Under the pieces are notes generated by a model. It ran no database searches. It was not told where the DNA came from and saw nothing but the letters and a program-made list of their open reading frames with translations. The translations under genes and the position numbers were made by a program. Positions 44,276-53,349 of a DNA stretch of 64,000 nucleotides are shown here, one piece after another (within the stretch, counting starts at the first letter, position 1; each line of letters opens with the position of its first letter). The stretch comes from Patescibacteria group bacterium (lineage in GTDB: Bacteria; Patescibacteriota; Minisyncoccia; Phycocordibacterales; PALSA-1337), in assembly GCA_018970245.1 (NCBI GenBank), contig JAGWWT010000003.1:3519-67518 (forward strand), in the 5' to 3' direction.

Positions 44276-46006
44276 TCAAGAATATATCACATCGACGATC
44301 CTTAGGCGCAATTCTGGGCGCCCGCGGAACATCGACAGCTCTACCGAGGCCGCCAGGTCTATCGACATGCCCTTCCTGACGGCTTTGGCCCATGGTTCGG
44401 ATATGCCGAAGAATGCTATCGCTGGCAGCTTCGATCCGTCGGATCTCCTGAAAACGAGCTCGACATGCTCGTTGCCTTTTCCGAAGATCCTTATATCCGC
44501 TGGTTTGACAGACTTGAGCAGAAAGACGGGCTTTGGATTACCGATGCCGAACGGAGCGAGACGGTCGATCTCCTTGTACAGCCACATGTCGACCGAATCC
44601 AATGAAAGCTCGGCGTCCGCCTCTATGGCGCCGTATCCGGCATCTGATATCTGATATCTGGCATCTCGGAGCTTATCAGCTGCTTCGTTCAGCCTCTGCT
44701 CGAGAAAATGGATCTGATCGCTAGCGACAGCGAACCCGCCGGAATGCTTATGGCCGCCATACTTGGAAAAGACGCCGGCCGGCACGGCCCTCATCAATTC
44801 GACCACATGAGTGCTCCCCTCAGATCGGCAAGATCCTTTTATCTCGTTGCTGCCGTCGCGGCCCCAGAGGAAGACCGGTCTGCCGAATTCCTCTGCGCAA
44901 GAATTCGCCGCAAGGCCGAGAAGGGACGGCCGCCATTCCGGGTCGCCAAGGACGATGACGCTAGGCACCGCTTCCCCATGCCGTTCGCGGACGGTCTTCT
45001 TCACTTCTTTGACGAGCGAAGCGACCACGCCCTTGCGCTCGCTGTTTATGGAATCGAGATGGTCGGCATAGACGTTCGCATCGTCATCGGTCGAGGCCGA
45101 AAGGAGCTTGAATGCATCCATGGGAACCCCCATGCGCGAGGCCGCATTTATCCTGGGAGTGATCATGAAAGCGATGTCGTCCTCTGTCACATGCCGCTGA
45201 GCGATCTTCAGCTTATTGAAAAGGCGCATCAGGCCCTTGCGCGGGCTCTTGCGCAGGACCTGCAGGCCATATGCCGCGAAGATACGATTCTCGCCGACGA
45301 GAGGAACCATGTCCGACAGAGTCGCCATGCCGACGAGGTCGAGGAGCCACTTCTCCATCCCTTCCTTGAGGCCGAACCTCTCTATTTTCAAGACCGCCTG
45401 TATGAGCTTGTAAGCCACGCCTGAGCCGCAAAGGCCTTTGTCCGGATATGCGCAGCCTGGCTGCTTCGGATCTACTATGGCGAAAGCGGGCGGCATGAGA
45501 GGCGGCGCCTCATGATGGTCGGTTATGATCACGTCCATCCCTAGGCTGTTCGCCGCCGCCGCAGGCCCGACATCAGTGATCCCGCAATCGACAGTCATCA
45601 AGACCTTAGCGCCTTTTTCGGCCAGTTCCCTGACGGCGTTCTCATTCAGACCGAATCCTTCATCATGGCGATGCGGAATGTAAATGACATAGCCGCTGAA
45701 ACTGATCCTCTTGAAGAAGTCGTCCCATATCGCAGCGCCAGGTATGCCATCTGCGTCGTAATCGGCGAAGACGGCGATCTTCTCGCCGTTGCGGACCGCC
45801 TGCGCTATCCTTTGAGCCGCCTTCTCTGCATCCTTGAGCAAGAATGGGTCATGGACGCCAGTCTCATAATCCGGCGAGAGGAAGGCTTTGGCGGCCGCAT
45901 CGTCCATGATGCCGCGGTGGAAGAGGAGATGCGCAAGAAGGTCTGTATGCGCAGACAGCCCGGCTCTCTCGGCCGCCGAAAGCGGCTTCTTAACGGAGTA
46001 TTTCAC
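44276..46006 (-). CDS. recJ: ssDNA-specific exonuclease RecJ
   Basis: DYDADG, TVDCG, TDHH, PRINAASR, GSCRS, GGH, PFGIGNPKP; start GTG 46006. Confidence 0.95.
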   Translation of the reverse strand: MKYSVKKPLSAAERAGLSAHTDLLAHLLFHRGIMDDAAAKAFLSPDYETGVHDPFLLKDAEKAAQRIAQAVRNGEKIAVFADYDADGIPGAAIWDDFFKRISFSGYVIYIPHRHDEGFGLNENAVRELAEKGAKVLMTVDCGITDVGPAAAANSLGMDVIITDHHEAPPLMPPAFAIVDPKQPGCAYPDKGLCGSGVAYKLIQAVLKIERFGLKEGMEKWLLDLVGMATLSDMVPLVGENRIFAAYGLQVLRKSPRKGLMRLFNKLKIAQRHVTEDDIAFMITPRINAASRMGVPMDAFKLLSASTDDDANVYADHLDSINSERKGVVASLVKEVKKTVRERHGEAVPSVIVLGDPEWRPSLLGLAANSCAEEFGRPVFLWGRDGSNEIKGSCRSEGSTHVVELMRAVPAGVFSKYGGHKHSGGFAVASDQIHFLEQRLNEAADKLRDARYQISDAGYGAIEADAELSLDSVDMWLYKEIDRLAPFGIGNPKPVFLLKSVKPADIRIFGKGNEHVELVFRRSDGSKLPAIAFFGISEPWAKAVRKGMSIDLAASVELSMFRGRPELRLRIVDVIYS

Positions 46007-46036
46007 AGCCGGAATTGTAGCATGTAAGATATAGGC

Positions 46037-46420
46037 ATGAACAAAGCTGCCAAGAACGACCCGTCTTGCATCTTCTGCAAGATAGTCCGCCGCGAGATAC
46101 CCGCGCACATCGTCTACGAAGACGACGCATTCCTGGCCTTCCTGGACATCCATCCGCACGCTCCAGGCCATGTCCAGGTGATCCCGAAAGAGCATGTCCG
46201 CTGGGTCTGGGATCTCCCGGATGTCGGCGCCTATTTCGAGGCCGCCAGAAAGGTCGCCTTGGCGCAACGAAAAGCCTTCGGCACCGATTGGATACTGTCT
46301 AAGATCGTCGGCGACGAGGTGCCGCATGCCCATATCTGGGTCTTCCCTAACGACAAAGTCAAAGGCGATAAGATGGATCTCGAAGGCAATAAGAGAAAGA
46401 TCTTGGCTGCGATCGGCTGA
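46037..46420 (+). CDS. HIT family hydrolase
   Basis: [31 protein letters not shown] (third His replaced by W). Confidence 0.9.
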   Translation: MNKAAKNDPSCIFCKIVRREIPAHIVYEDDAFLAFLDIHPHAPGHVQVIPKEHVRWVWDLPDVGAYFEAARKVALAQRKAFGTDWILSKIVGDEVPHAHIWVFPNDKVKGDKMDLEGNKRKILAAIG

Positions 46421-46433
46421 CCGGTAGAATAGG

Positions 46434-47189
46434 CTATGCCTTCCTCGAATCGCCTTTAATGGTAGCGATCGCTTCTTGGACTGTCGTCATGAACTGGGCC
46501 GGGAAGATGATAGTCGAATTCTTTTCTGTGGCTATCTCGGACATGGTCTGGAGGGTGCGGAGCTGGAGAGCGACTGGATGGGTGGCGATGAGATCAGCGG
46601 CTTCGCCGAGCTTCTGGGCGGCTTGGAATTCGCCTTCAGCGGCGACGATCTTCGCGCGGCGCTCGCGCTCCGCTTCGGCTTCCTTGGCCATGGCGCGCTG
46701 CATGTTGTCTGGCAAGACGATGTCCTTTATCTCGACCGCCGTGACTTGGACGCCCCAGGGTTCGGTATGCTGATCGATGACGTCCTTGATGGCGCCGTTG
46801 ATGTCAGATGTCTGTGATAGGAGCTGATCGAGCATATAGCGGCCGATGACGTTCCGGACAGTGGTCTGACTGATCTGATTGACGGCTTCATGGACATTCT
46901 CGATGGCGACTACGGACTTCATAGAATCGACGACATGGTAATAGGCCACAGCAGCGATGTCGATCGAGACGTTATCCTTGGTGATGATCTTCTGCGAAGG
47001 GATGTTCATCGTTATGGTCCGCAACGTGACCTTGGTCATGTTCTCGAAGATCGGGATGAGGATGATGAGCCCCGGACCGCGCACGCCAGTGGCTTTGCCG
47101 AGGAAGAAGATGACGCCGCGATCGTACTCCTTGACGACGCGGAGCGATATGGCGACTAGGACGATCAAGACGATTATCAGATAGATCAT
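46434..47189 (-). CDS. SPFH/band 7 (slipin/stomatin-like) protein
   Basis: [38 protein letters not shown]. Confidence 0.93.
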   Translation of the reverse strand: MIYLIIVLIVLVAISLRVVKEYDRGVIFFLGKATGVRGPGLIILIPIFENMTKVTLRTITMNIPSQKIITKDNVSIDIAAVAYYHVVDSMKSVVAIENVHEAVNQISQTTVRNVIGRYMLDQLLSQTSDINGAIKDVIDQHTEPWGVQVTAVEIKDIVLPDNMQRAMAKEAEAERERRAKIVAAEGEFQAAQKLGEAADLIATHPVALQLRTLQTMSEIATEKNSTIIFPAQFMTTVQEAIATIKGDSRKA

Positions 47190-47271
47190 GGTGATTGGCT
47201 AGATTCTTAATGCCGCAAGTATAGCGCTTCTGCATGGTTTTGCGAGCAAGAGCCGCTAACGCGCATCCATA

Positions 47272-48405
47272 TCACTTATTTCCAGCGTCCTCGAGCGCCT
47301 TGATGCCTGGCAGTGTCCCTTTGGCCAAGAAATCCAGCATCGCTCCGCCGCCAGTAGAGATGAACGTGAATCCATTGAGAAGCCCCAGAGTGTCGATGGC
47401 CGCGAGAGTGTCGCCGCCGCCGACGATCGTCGTCGCGCCGTTCTTCGTGGCGAGAGAGACGAGCTTCGCCAGATCGAGAGTCGGTCCGCGATAGCCGTCC
47501 TCGTAGATCCCGAGCGGCCCGTTCCAGAGTATGAATTTGGCGCCGGCGATCATCTTCCCTAGAGCTTCCAGCGTCTTCGGGCCCGAATCCACGATCTGGT
47601 CGCTCTTGTCGAGCTTGTCCGGATCCTTTATGGCGTTTTCCTTCGTCATGACGTCGAGCGGGATATGGAGCTTAGGATCATCCGCATACGGCGAAAGGTC
47701 TATCTTGCCCTTCGAGACGAGCGATACGCCGATCTCATAGCCCTTGGCGGCGAAGAAGTCGTTCGCCAGAGCGCCGCCGACGAAGATCGAGTCCGCGATC
47801 TGCATGAATTTTGCGAGGAGCGGCAGCTTGGTCTCGAATTTAGCGCCGCCCAGGATGAACAGGAATGGATGAGACGGATGGAATGCCTTGGAAAGGTTGG
47901 CTATCTCCTTCTCGAGCTGGAAGCCTGCATAGCTCGGCAAGTATCTAGGAACGCCGACTATCGAAGCATGCTCGCGATGCGATACGGAAAATGCATCATT
48001 GACGTATATGTCCGCCAATGAAGCCAACTCCTGGGCGAACCTGGAGGCGTTCTCCTTTTCGCCTTCGAACAGGCGGACATTCTCGAGGAGCGCGCATTCC
48101 CCGTCCTTGAGCTCCCCTATGATCTGGTTGGCGGTCCGCCAGTCCTTGACGAAGCTTATCGGCACCCCGAGGCCATTGAGATGCTCAGCGATCGGCTGCA
48201 GAGACTCATTCTTGCCGTCAGCAGATTCCAAGTGGCTGACTAGGATGATGCGCGCGCCGCTCTTGCGCAGGAAATCTATCGTCGGAAGGGTCGACTTTAT
48301 CCTGAAGCCGTCGGCAACGACGCCGTTCCTGACAGGCACATTGAAATCGGCCCTGACCATGACCTTCACTCCTTGGAGATGCGGGATGTCTTTGATGGTT
48401 TTCAT
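47272..48405 (-). CDS. pgk: Phosphoglycerate kinase
   Basis: RADFNVP, LLENVR, VNDAFSVSHREHAS, WNGPLG, GGGDT, STGGGA. Confidence 0.97.
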   Translation of the reverse strand: MKTIKDIPHLQGVKVMVRADFNVPVRNGVVADGFRIKSTLPTIDFLRKSGARIILVSHLESADGKNESLQPIAEHLNGLGVPISFVKDWRTANQIIGELKDGECALLENVRLFEGEKENASRFAQELASLADIYVNDAFSVSHREHASIVGVPRYLPSYAGFQLEKEIANLSKAFHPSHPFLFILGGAKFETKLPLLAKFMQIADSIFVGGALANDFFAAKGYEIGVSLVSKGKIDLSPYADDPKLHIPLDVMTKENAIKDPDKLDKSDQIVDSGPKTLEALGKMIAGAKFILWNGPLGIYEDGYRGPTLDLAKLVSLATKNGATTIVGGGDTLAAIDTLGLLNGFTFISTGGGAMLDFLAKGTLPGIKALEDAGNK

Positions 48406-48445
48406 CTGGGATTATTGGAAATGGCGATATCGTCCTCTGCGGCAT

Positions 48446-49213
48446 TCAAGCCTCGTCTACGGCCTTCAAGAGCTCCGCGAATCCAGAGATGCTCACGCTC
48501 TCGCGTCCGACCAGGAGGCCGTCGACTTGCCCCACCTGGATGATATCCGCCGCATTGCGGAAGTTGACCGCGCCCCCATACAGCACAGGGACCTTGAGGC
48601 CAGAATCTCCTCCGAATATGTCCGAGAAGACCTTCTTTACGAAGATCGCCATCTCGCGGATATCCTCAGGCTTCATGGGCTCCTTAGCGCCGATCGCCCA
48701 GACCGGCTCGTAGGCCAAGATCAGGTCCTTGGCGTCATTATTGCTCGTCCCGGCCAAACTCCCCTTGATCTGTTCCCTCAAGAAATCGAATTGCGAGCCG
48801 CTATCGTCGCGGACCTTCTCTCCCACGCAAAGTATCGGCTTCAGGCCTGCATCCAGAGCCATCCTGAGCCTCTTTGAGACATTCTCGTCCGTGTCGCCGG
48901 CTTGGCGCGTCTCAGAATGGCCGATGATGGCGTATTCGGCTCCGAGGTCTTTGAGCATGCCGGCGCTCACTTCTCCTGTATGTGCGCCGGATTCATGGAA
49001 CGAGAGCGATTGCGCGCCCAAATGGAAGTTCGGCGCCTCCGAACGCGAGCTCGCGCCAGTCAGGAACACGAATGGCGGGCAGATGACGACGGTGGACTTG
49101 CTCAGTCCGGCCGCCGCCTGGCGCGCTGTCTTGGCGATCTTCTTGGCTTCCGACGCGCTTTGCGGGTTCATCTTCCAATTCCCGACGATCAGGCGCTTTT
49201 CTGGCTTTTTCAT
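48446..49213 (-). CDS. tpiA: Triosephosphate isomerase
   Basis: GNWKMN, GAHTGEVS, GHSE, AYEPVWAIG, LYGG. Confidence 0.97.
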   Translation of the reverse strand: MKKPEKRLIVGNWKMNPQSASEAKKIAKTARQAAAGLSKSTVVICPPFVFLTGASSRSEAPNFHLGAQSLSFHESGAHTGEVSAGMLKDLGAEYAIIGHSETRQAGDTDENVSKRLRMALDAGLKPILCVGEKVRDDSGSQFDFLREQIKGSLAGTSNNDAKDLILAYEPVWAIGAKEPMKPEDIREMAIFVKKVFSDIFGGDSGLKVPVLYGGAVNFRNAADIIQVGQVDGLLVGRESVSISGFAELLKAVDEA

Positions 49214-49258
49214 GCGCACTATTGTACCCCGATACCGCCGCTTGGTACAATCTGGCTA

Positions 49259-49747
49259 ATGTCGACCTCCCACGGAAAATCCATGCGGTCCGCGCGGCAT
49301 AGCGGCTTCACCCTGATAGAGATCTTGGTTGTCATAGCCATCTTCCTCGCGCTCCTAGGCGTGAGCTTGTATTCGTATTTCAACGCGCGGTCGTCTGCGC
49401 CGATGAAGCCGATAGCCGACGGCATAGTCTTCACGCTCGAACGGGCCAAGGCAGATGCATTAGCCGGCAAGAATGGCTCGGGGGCCGGCGTATACTTCGC
49501 CAGCTCCAGCTATACGTATTTCAGCGGCGATTCGTATGATCCCAGCGCCTCCGACGATCAGACCACCACCCTGCCATCCGAATACGTCATAAACTACACC
49601 CTGCTTTCAGGCTCTTCCATAGTATTCTCCCATCTGACCGGATCCCCCAACGCTTCGACTACCATAACTGTCACCGATACCGAGAACGCCTCTAACACCA
49701 AGATCATCGGAGTGGGGACAGACGGAGACATCACCGTGATACAATAA
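49259..49747 (+). CDS. Type IV minor pilin (FimT/GspH-like)
   Basis: Prepilin cleavage G|FTLIEILVV; TACAAT 7 nt upstream of ATG 49259. Confidence 0.85.
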   Translation: MSTSHGKSMRSARHSGFTLIEILVVIAIFLALLGVSLYSYFNARSSAPMKPIADGIVFTLERAKADALAGKNGSGAGVYFASSSYTYFSGDSYDPSASDDQTTTLPSEYVINYTLLSGSSIVFSHLTGSPNASTTITVTDTENASNTKIIGVGTDGDITVIQ

Positions 49748-49753
49748 CGGTGA

Positions 49754-50266
49754 ATGACCAAACGCTTCCGAGGACATCTCCGCGCTGACGGTTTTTCTCT
49801 AGTCGAGCTCCTTATAGCTACGGCGATAGTCGTAAGCGTCGTCACGGCCGCATCAGGAGCTTGGCAGCTGTATCTCCGCCTTTCGAATCAGGCGGCGGGA
49901 ATGACCCAGGCCTCGCTCCTGGCAGAAGAAGGGGTCGAGGCCATGAATCTACTCCGGGACCAGGGGTGGGCTGCGAATATCGCGCCCCTTTCGCTGGATA
50001 CGCCCTACTATCTCTATTACAGCACTAGCACCTATAGCTACGGATTCTCTGCCTCTCCGGTCATAATACCAGGCGGCTACACCCGCACTGTCACCCTATA
50101 TGCGGTGAATCGCGATCCCACGACATACGATATCACCAGCACGTCGACTTCTTGCTCTAGCTGCGATGCAGGCACTCGAGACGCGCTCGTATCGGTCTAT
50201 GAAGGAAGCTCGACGGTCCCGGTCATGGAAGATGAGACTCTCATACACAATGTCTTCAATAATTAG
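49754..50266 (+). CDS. Type IV minor pilin (PilV-like)
   Basis: G|FSLVELLIA; LAEEGVEA. Confidence 0.85.
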   Translation: MTKRFRGHLRADGFSLVELLIATAIVVSVVTAASGAWQLYLRLSNQAAGMTQASLLAEEGVEAMNLLRDQGWAANIAPLSLDTPYYLYYSTSTYSYGFSASPVIIPGGYTRTVTLYAVNRDPTTYDITSTSTSCSSCDAGTRDALVSVYEGSSTVPVMEDETLIHNVFNN

Positions 50267-50768
50267 AAAACCCAAGAATGGCTTCACGCTGGTCGAGGTC
50301 CTGGTATATATCTTCGGCCTGGTCCTATTGGTAGGCGCCATCTCCGGATTCCTTTACTACGTTTACGGCTGGTACAGGGCGGTGACAGTGGCTCCCAGAG
50401 CCGATCAAGTCGCCATCTCCCTCATCACGAAGCTAGAGTATGACCTGCACTCCGGCAGCACCATCTCGACGATCACTTCCGCTTCGTCGGCGCAGGGGTC
50501 GACTACCATAGTCTCGACTGTGAATTCCGTCTCGACGACTACGACCTACGCCTTGGTCGGCAACAGGATGACATGGCAGCAGAATGGGGGCCCGATAGAA
50601 TACCTCACGCCATCGGACATATCAGTGACAGGCTTCTACCTGACCAAGCTGACGACGCCTGAGTCCACAGCCGTGCGTTTCGAGATCGACCTCTCATACG
50701 ATTCCTCTCATGCCACGACGACCACCGCATATGACGGCCTGGCCATTCTGGATCAATCATACCAATGA
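50250..50768 (+). CDS. Type IV minor pilin (PilW-like)
   Basis: MSSIIRKPKNG|FTLVEVLVY. Confidence 0.85.
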   Translation: MSSIIRKPKNGFTLVEVLVYIFGLVLLVGAISGFLYYVYGWYRAVTVAPRADQVAISLITKLEYDLHSGSTISTITSASSAQGSTTIVSTVNSVSTTTTYALVGNRMTWQQNGGPIEYLTPSDISVTGFYLTKLTTPESTAVRFEIDLSYDSSHATTTTAYDGLAILDQSYQ

Positions 50769-52075
50769 AGACGAGCCTCAAAAAAAGATCCGGCGGCTAC
50801 GTGATCATACTCCTGACTTTGCTGTTCATCAGCATCACGCTCGCCATCGCCATGTATGCCGGAGCGCCCATTCTCGCCCACTACTCATCTTCAGCCGGAT
50901 TCGTCGCCTCGAAACAGGCCTTCGGCGCAGCTCAAGCCGCGGCAGATGAGGCGCTGTATCGCGTGAAAACCGGGCAGAACATGCCCTCGACCGTGAACAT
51001 CTCGCTCGGGACAGGATCATCCACCATCCTCACCCAAAGCGGAGCCAATACTAAATCGATAACGATCGAGAGCAGCCAAGGAAACTACCAGAGGGACTTC
51101 CATATGGATCTCGTACTGGGCACCGGCATCTCGTTCCATTATGGGATCCAGTCCGGGAATGGCGGATTCTATCTGACGAACAGCTCTAGCGTGACCGGCA
51201 ACATCTTCTCGTCTGGGTCTGTGATCGGATCCGGTAACACGATAGCGGGCGACGTGATATCGGCCGGGGCTTCTGGCTTGATCAGCGGCATAACCGCTAC
51301 AGGGACGGCTTATGCCCACACTATCCAGAATTCCACGATCCAGAACGCCGCTCATTATATGGTCATCGATCCCAATACGACGGTCGGAGGATCGCCATGC
51401 CCCAATGCGAACTGCTACCCGAACAGCTCCGACCTGCCGACCGAGCCGCTGCCGATAAGCGATGCGCAGATAAGCCAGTGGGAAAGCGACGCAGCCGCAG
51501 GCGGGACTGCTTCGTGTTCCAGCGGCGCGTACACGATATCGTCGGATATGAGCATAGGGCCACTGAAGATACCGTGCGACCTGGCTATAAAGAACTCGAC
51601 CGTGACCATCACCGGGCCCATATGGGTGACTGGGAACATCGATATCAAGGGCTCGACGGTGCAGATGTCCAGCAGCCTGAACAGCCAGAATGTGGCCATA
51701 ATAGCTGACAATCCTTCTAACACTACCGGCAGCGGCATCATAAGCGTCGACACCAGCTCCCAATTCTATGCCGCAGGTTGCCCGAACTCGTGCGTCCCTG
51801 GCGCATATGTCTTCCTCATCTCCCAGAACAACAGCGCCGAGACTGGCGGCTCGACTGCGGCCATAACGCCTGGCCAGAGCTCTAGCGGCCTCATAACCTA
51901 CGCCTCGCACGGCCAGATAAACGTCGGGCAGAGCGTACACCTGAAGGAGGTCACCGCATACAAGATCGTCATCTCGAACACGGCGAACGTCACATATGAT
52001 TCTGGGCTTGGCAGCTCGCTCTTCGAATCCGGCCCAGGCGGCGCATATACTCTCGTGGATTGGTACGAATACTAG
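50765..52075 (+). CDS. PilX-like pilus-tip protein with large beta-rich C-terminal domain
   Basis: G|YVIILL lacking E5; AAQAAADEAL; S/T/G-rich beta repeats; terminal DWYEY. Confidence 0.75.
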   Translation: MKTSLKKRSGGYVIILLTLLFISITLAIAMYAGAPILAHYSSSAGFVASKQAFGAAQAAADEALYRVKTGQNMPSTVNISLGTGSSTILTQSGANTKSITIESSQGNYQRDFHMDLVLGTGISFHYGIQSGNGGFYLTNSSSVTGNIFSSGSVIGSGNTIAGDVISAGASGLISGITATGTAYAHTIQNSTIQNAAHYMVIDPNTTVGGSPCPNANCYPNSSDLPTEPLPISDAQISQWESDAAAGGTASCSSGAYTISSDMSIGPLKIPCDLAIKNSTVTITGPIWVTGNIDIKGSTVQMSSSLNSQNVAIIADNPSNTTGSGIISVDTSSQFYAAGCPNSCVPGAYVFLISQNNSAETGGSTAAITPGQSSSGLITYASHGQINVGQSVHLKEVTAYKIVISNTANVTYDSGLGSSLFESGPGGAYTLVDWYEY

Positions 52076-52094
52076 GAACGGGCGCCGGTCGACT

Positions 52095-53318
52095 CTAGTG
52101 GATGGCGTTCACCAGCGAGTACATCGGCTCGATCATAGATACAGCGAAGAACCCGACTGCCGAGCCGATGATGATCATCAAGACCGGCTCGATGATGGTC
52201 GACATGTTCTTGGTCTTCTGGTCGACATCGTCCTCATAGTATTTGGCGACGCCCAAGAGCATGTCGGCGGTCTTGCCGGTCTCCTCTCCGACGGAGATCA
52301 TCTCTGAAAAGAAAGGCGGGTAGAGCTTCTCGTTCTGGCTGAAGATCTTGGACATGAGCTCGCCTTTGCCTATGGCTTGGCCGGCCTTCTGCAGGATCGC
52401 TTTGAAATGGACGTTCTGGACTACGCCCGCCGTTATGTTGACCGATTCGACGACATCCACTCCCGATGACAGGAGCGACGAGAGGGTCCGAGCGGTCCTG
52501 GCGGAGTTCACTTCCTGGACGAGACCGCCGATGACGGGGATCTTGAGCAGGAGAAGATGGTTCACAATCTTCCCTTTCGGCTTCTTGGACCAGTAAACGA
52601 AGGCGCCAGCCAGAACGATCAGTACGAGAGCGAGGAGGATGCCGTCATGCTGGACAAGATCGGCGACGAACAGGACTATGCGCGTAGGAAGCGGCAATTC
52701 GACGCCCATATCTGTGAACGTCTTCAAAAGGACCGGGATCACGAAGACTAGCATCAAGATAGCGATGATCACCATAGCCGTTATGATCACGCACGGATAT
52801 ATTAGGGCTCCGCGGACGCGCTTCGTCAGGGCATAGGAGTTGTCCATCTGATTGGCGATCACTTTCAGCGCGTCAGCCAATCCTCCGCTCTGCTCGCCAG
52901 CATGGACCATGGACACGAACAAGGGCGCGAATATCTTGGGGTGCTTGGCGAGCGCGTCGGAGAACGTGCTGCCTTTGTCGACATCGGCGATGAGATCCTT
53001 TATCACGCCCTTCAGGTTCTTATTGCCGCTCTGGCGCTCGAGCACGCCGAGCGCTCTCGATAGAGGCAGGCCAGCCTCTATCATGGAGCCGAGGTTCCTG
53101 GCGAATTGGATCTTGAGATCGGTCTTCACGCCGGAACCGAATGATCCGATCTTCATATTCAGATGTATGCCGCCAGCGCGCTTCTTTTCTGTGAGCGAGA
53201 TCAGCTCGTCTCCGCTGTCGTGGAGGAGCTTGTAGAGCTCATAACGGTCGGCGGCCTCTTTTTCGCCGCTGTATGTCTCGCCATTCTGGTGCTTCGCTTT
53301 GTAGATGAAATGCGACAT
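52095..53318 (-). CDS. pilC: Type IV pilus/T2SS platform protein (PilC/GspF)
   Basis: AGLPL..AL, AGEQSGGL, ALIYP, GEETG, IEPVLM. Confidence 0.93.
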   Translation of the reverse strand: MSHFIYKAKHQNGETYSGEKEAADRYELYKLLHDSGDELISLTEKKRAGGIHLNMKIGSFGSGVKTDLKIQFARNLGSMIEAGLPLSRALGVLERQSGNKNLKGVIKDLIADVDKGSTFSDALAKHPKIFAPLFVSMVHAGEQSGGLADALKVIANQMDNSYALTKRVRGALIYPCVIITAMVIIAILMLVFVIPVLLKTFTDMGVELPLPTRIVLFVADLVQHDGILLALVLIVLAGAFVYWSKKPKGKIVNHLLLLKIPVIGGLVQEVNSARTARTLSSLLSSGVDVVESVNITAGVVQNVHFKAILQKAGQAIGKGELMSKIFSQNEKLYPPFFSEMISVGEETGKTADMLLGVAKYYEDDVDQKTKNMSTIIEPVLMIIIGSAVGFFAVSMIEPMYSLVNAIH

Positions 53319-53349
53319 GTTAGTGAAAAAAGATACCTGATACTGGATG

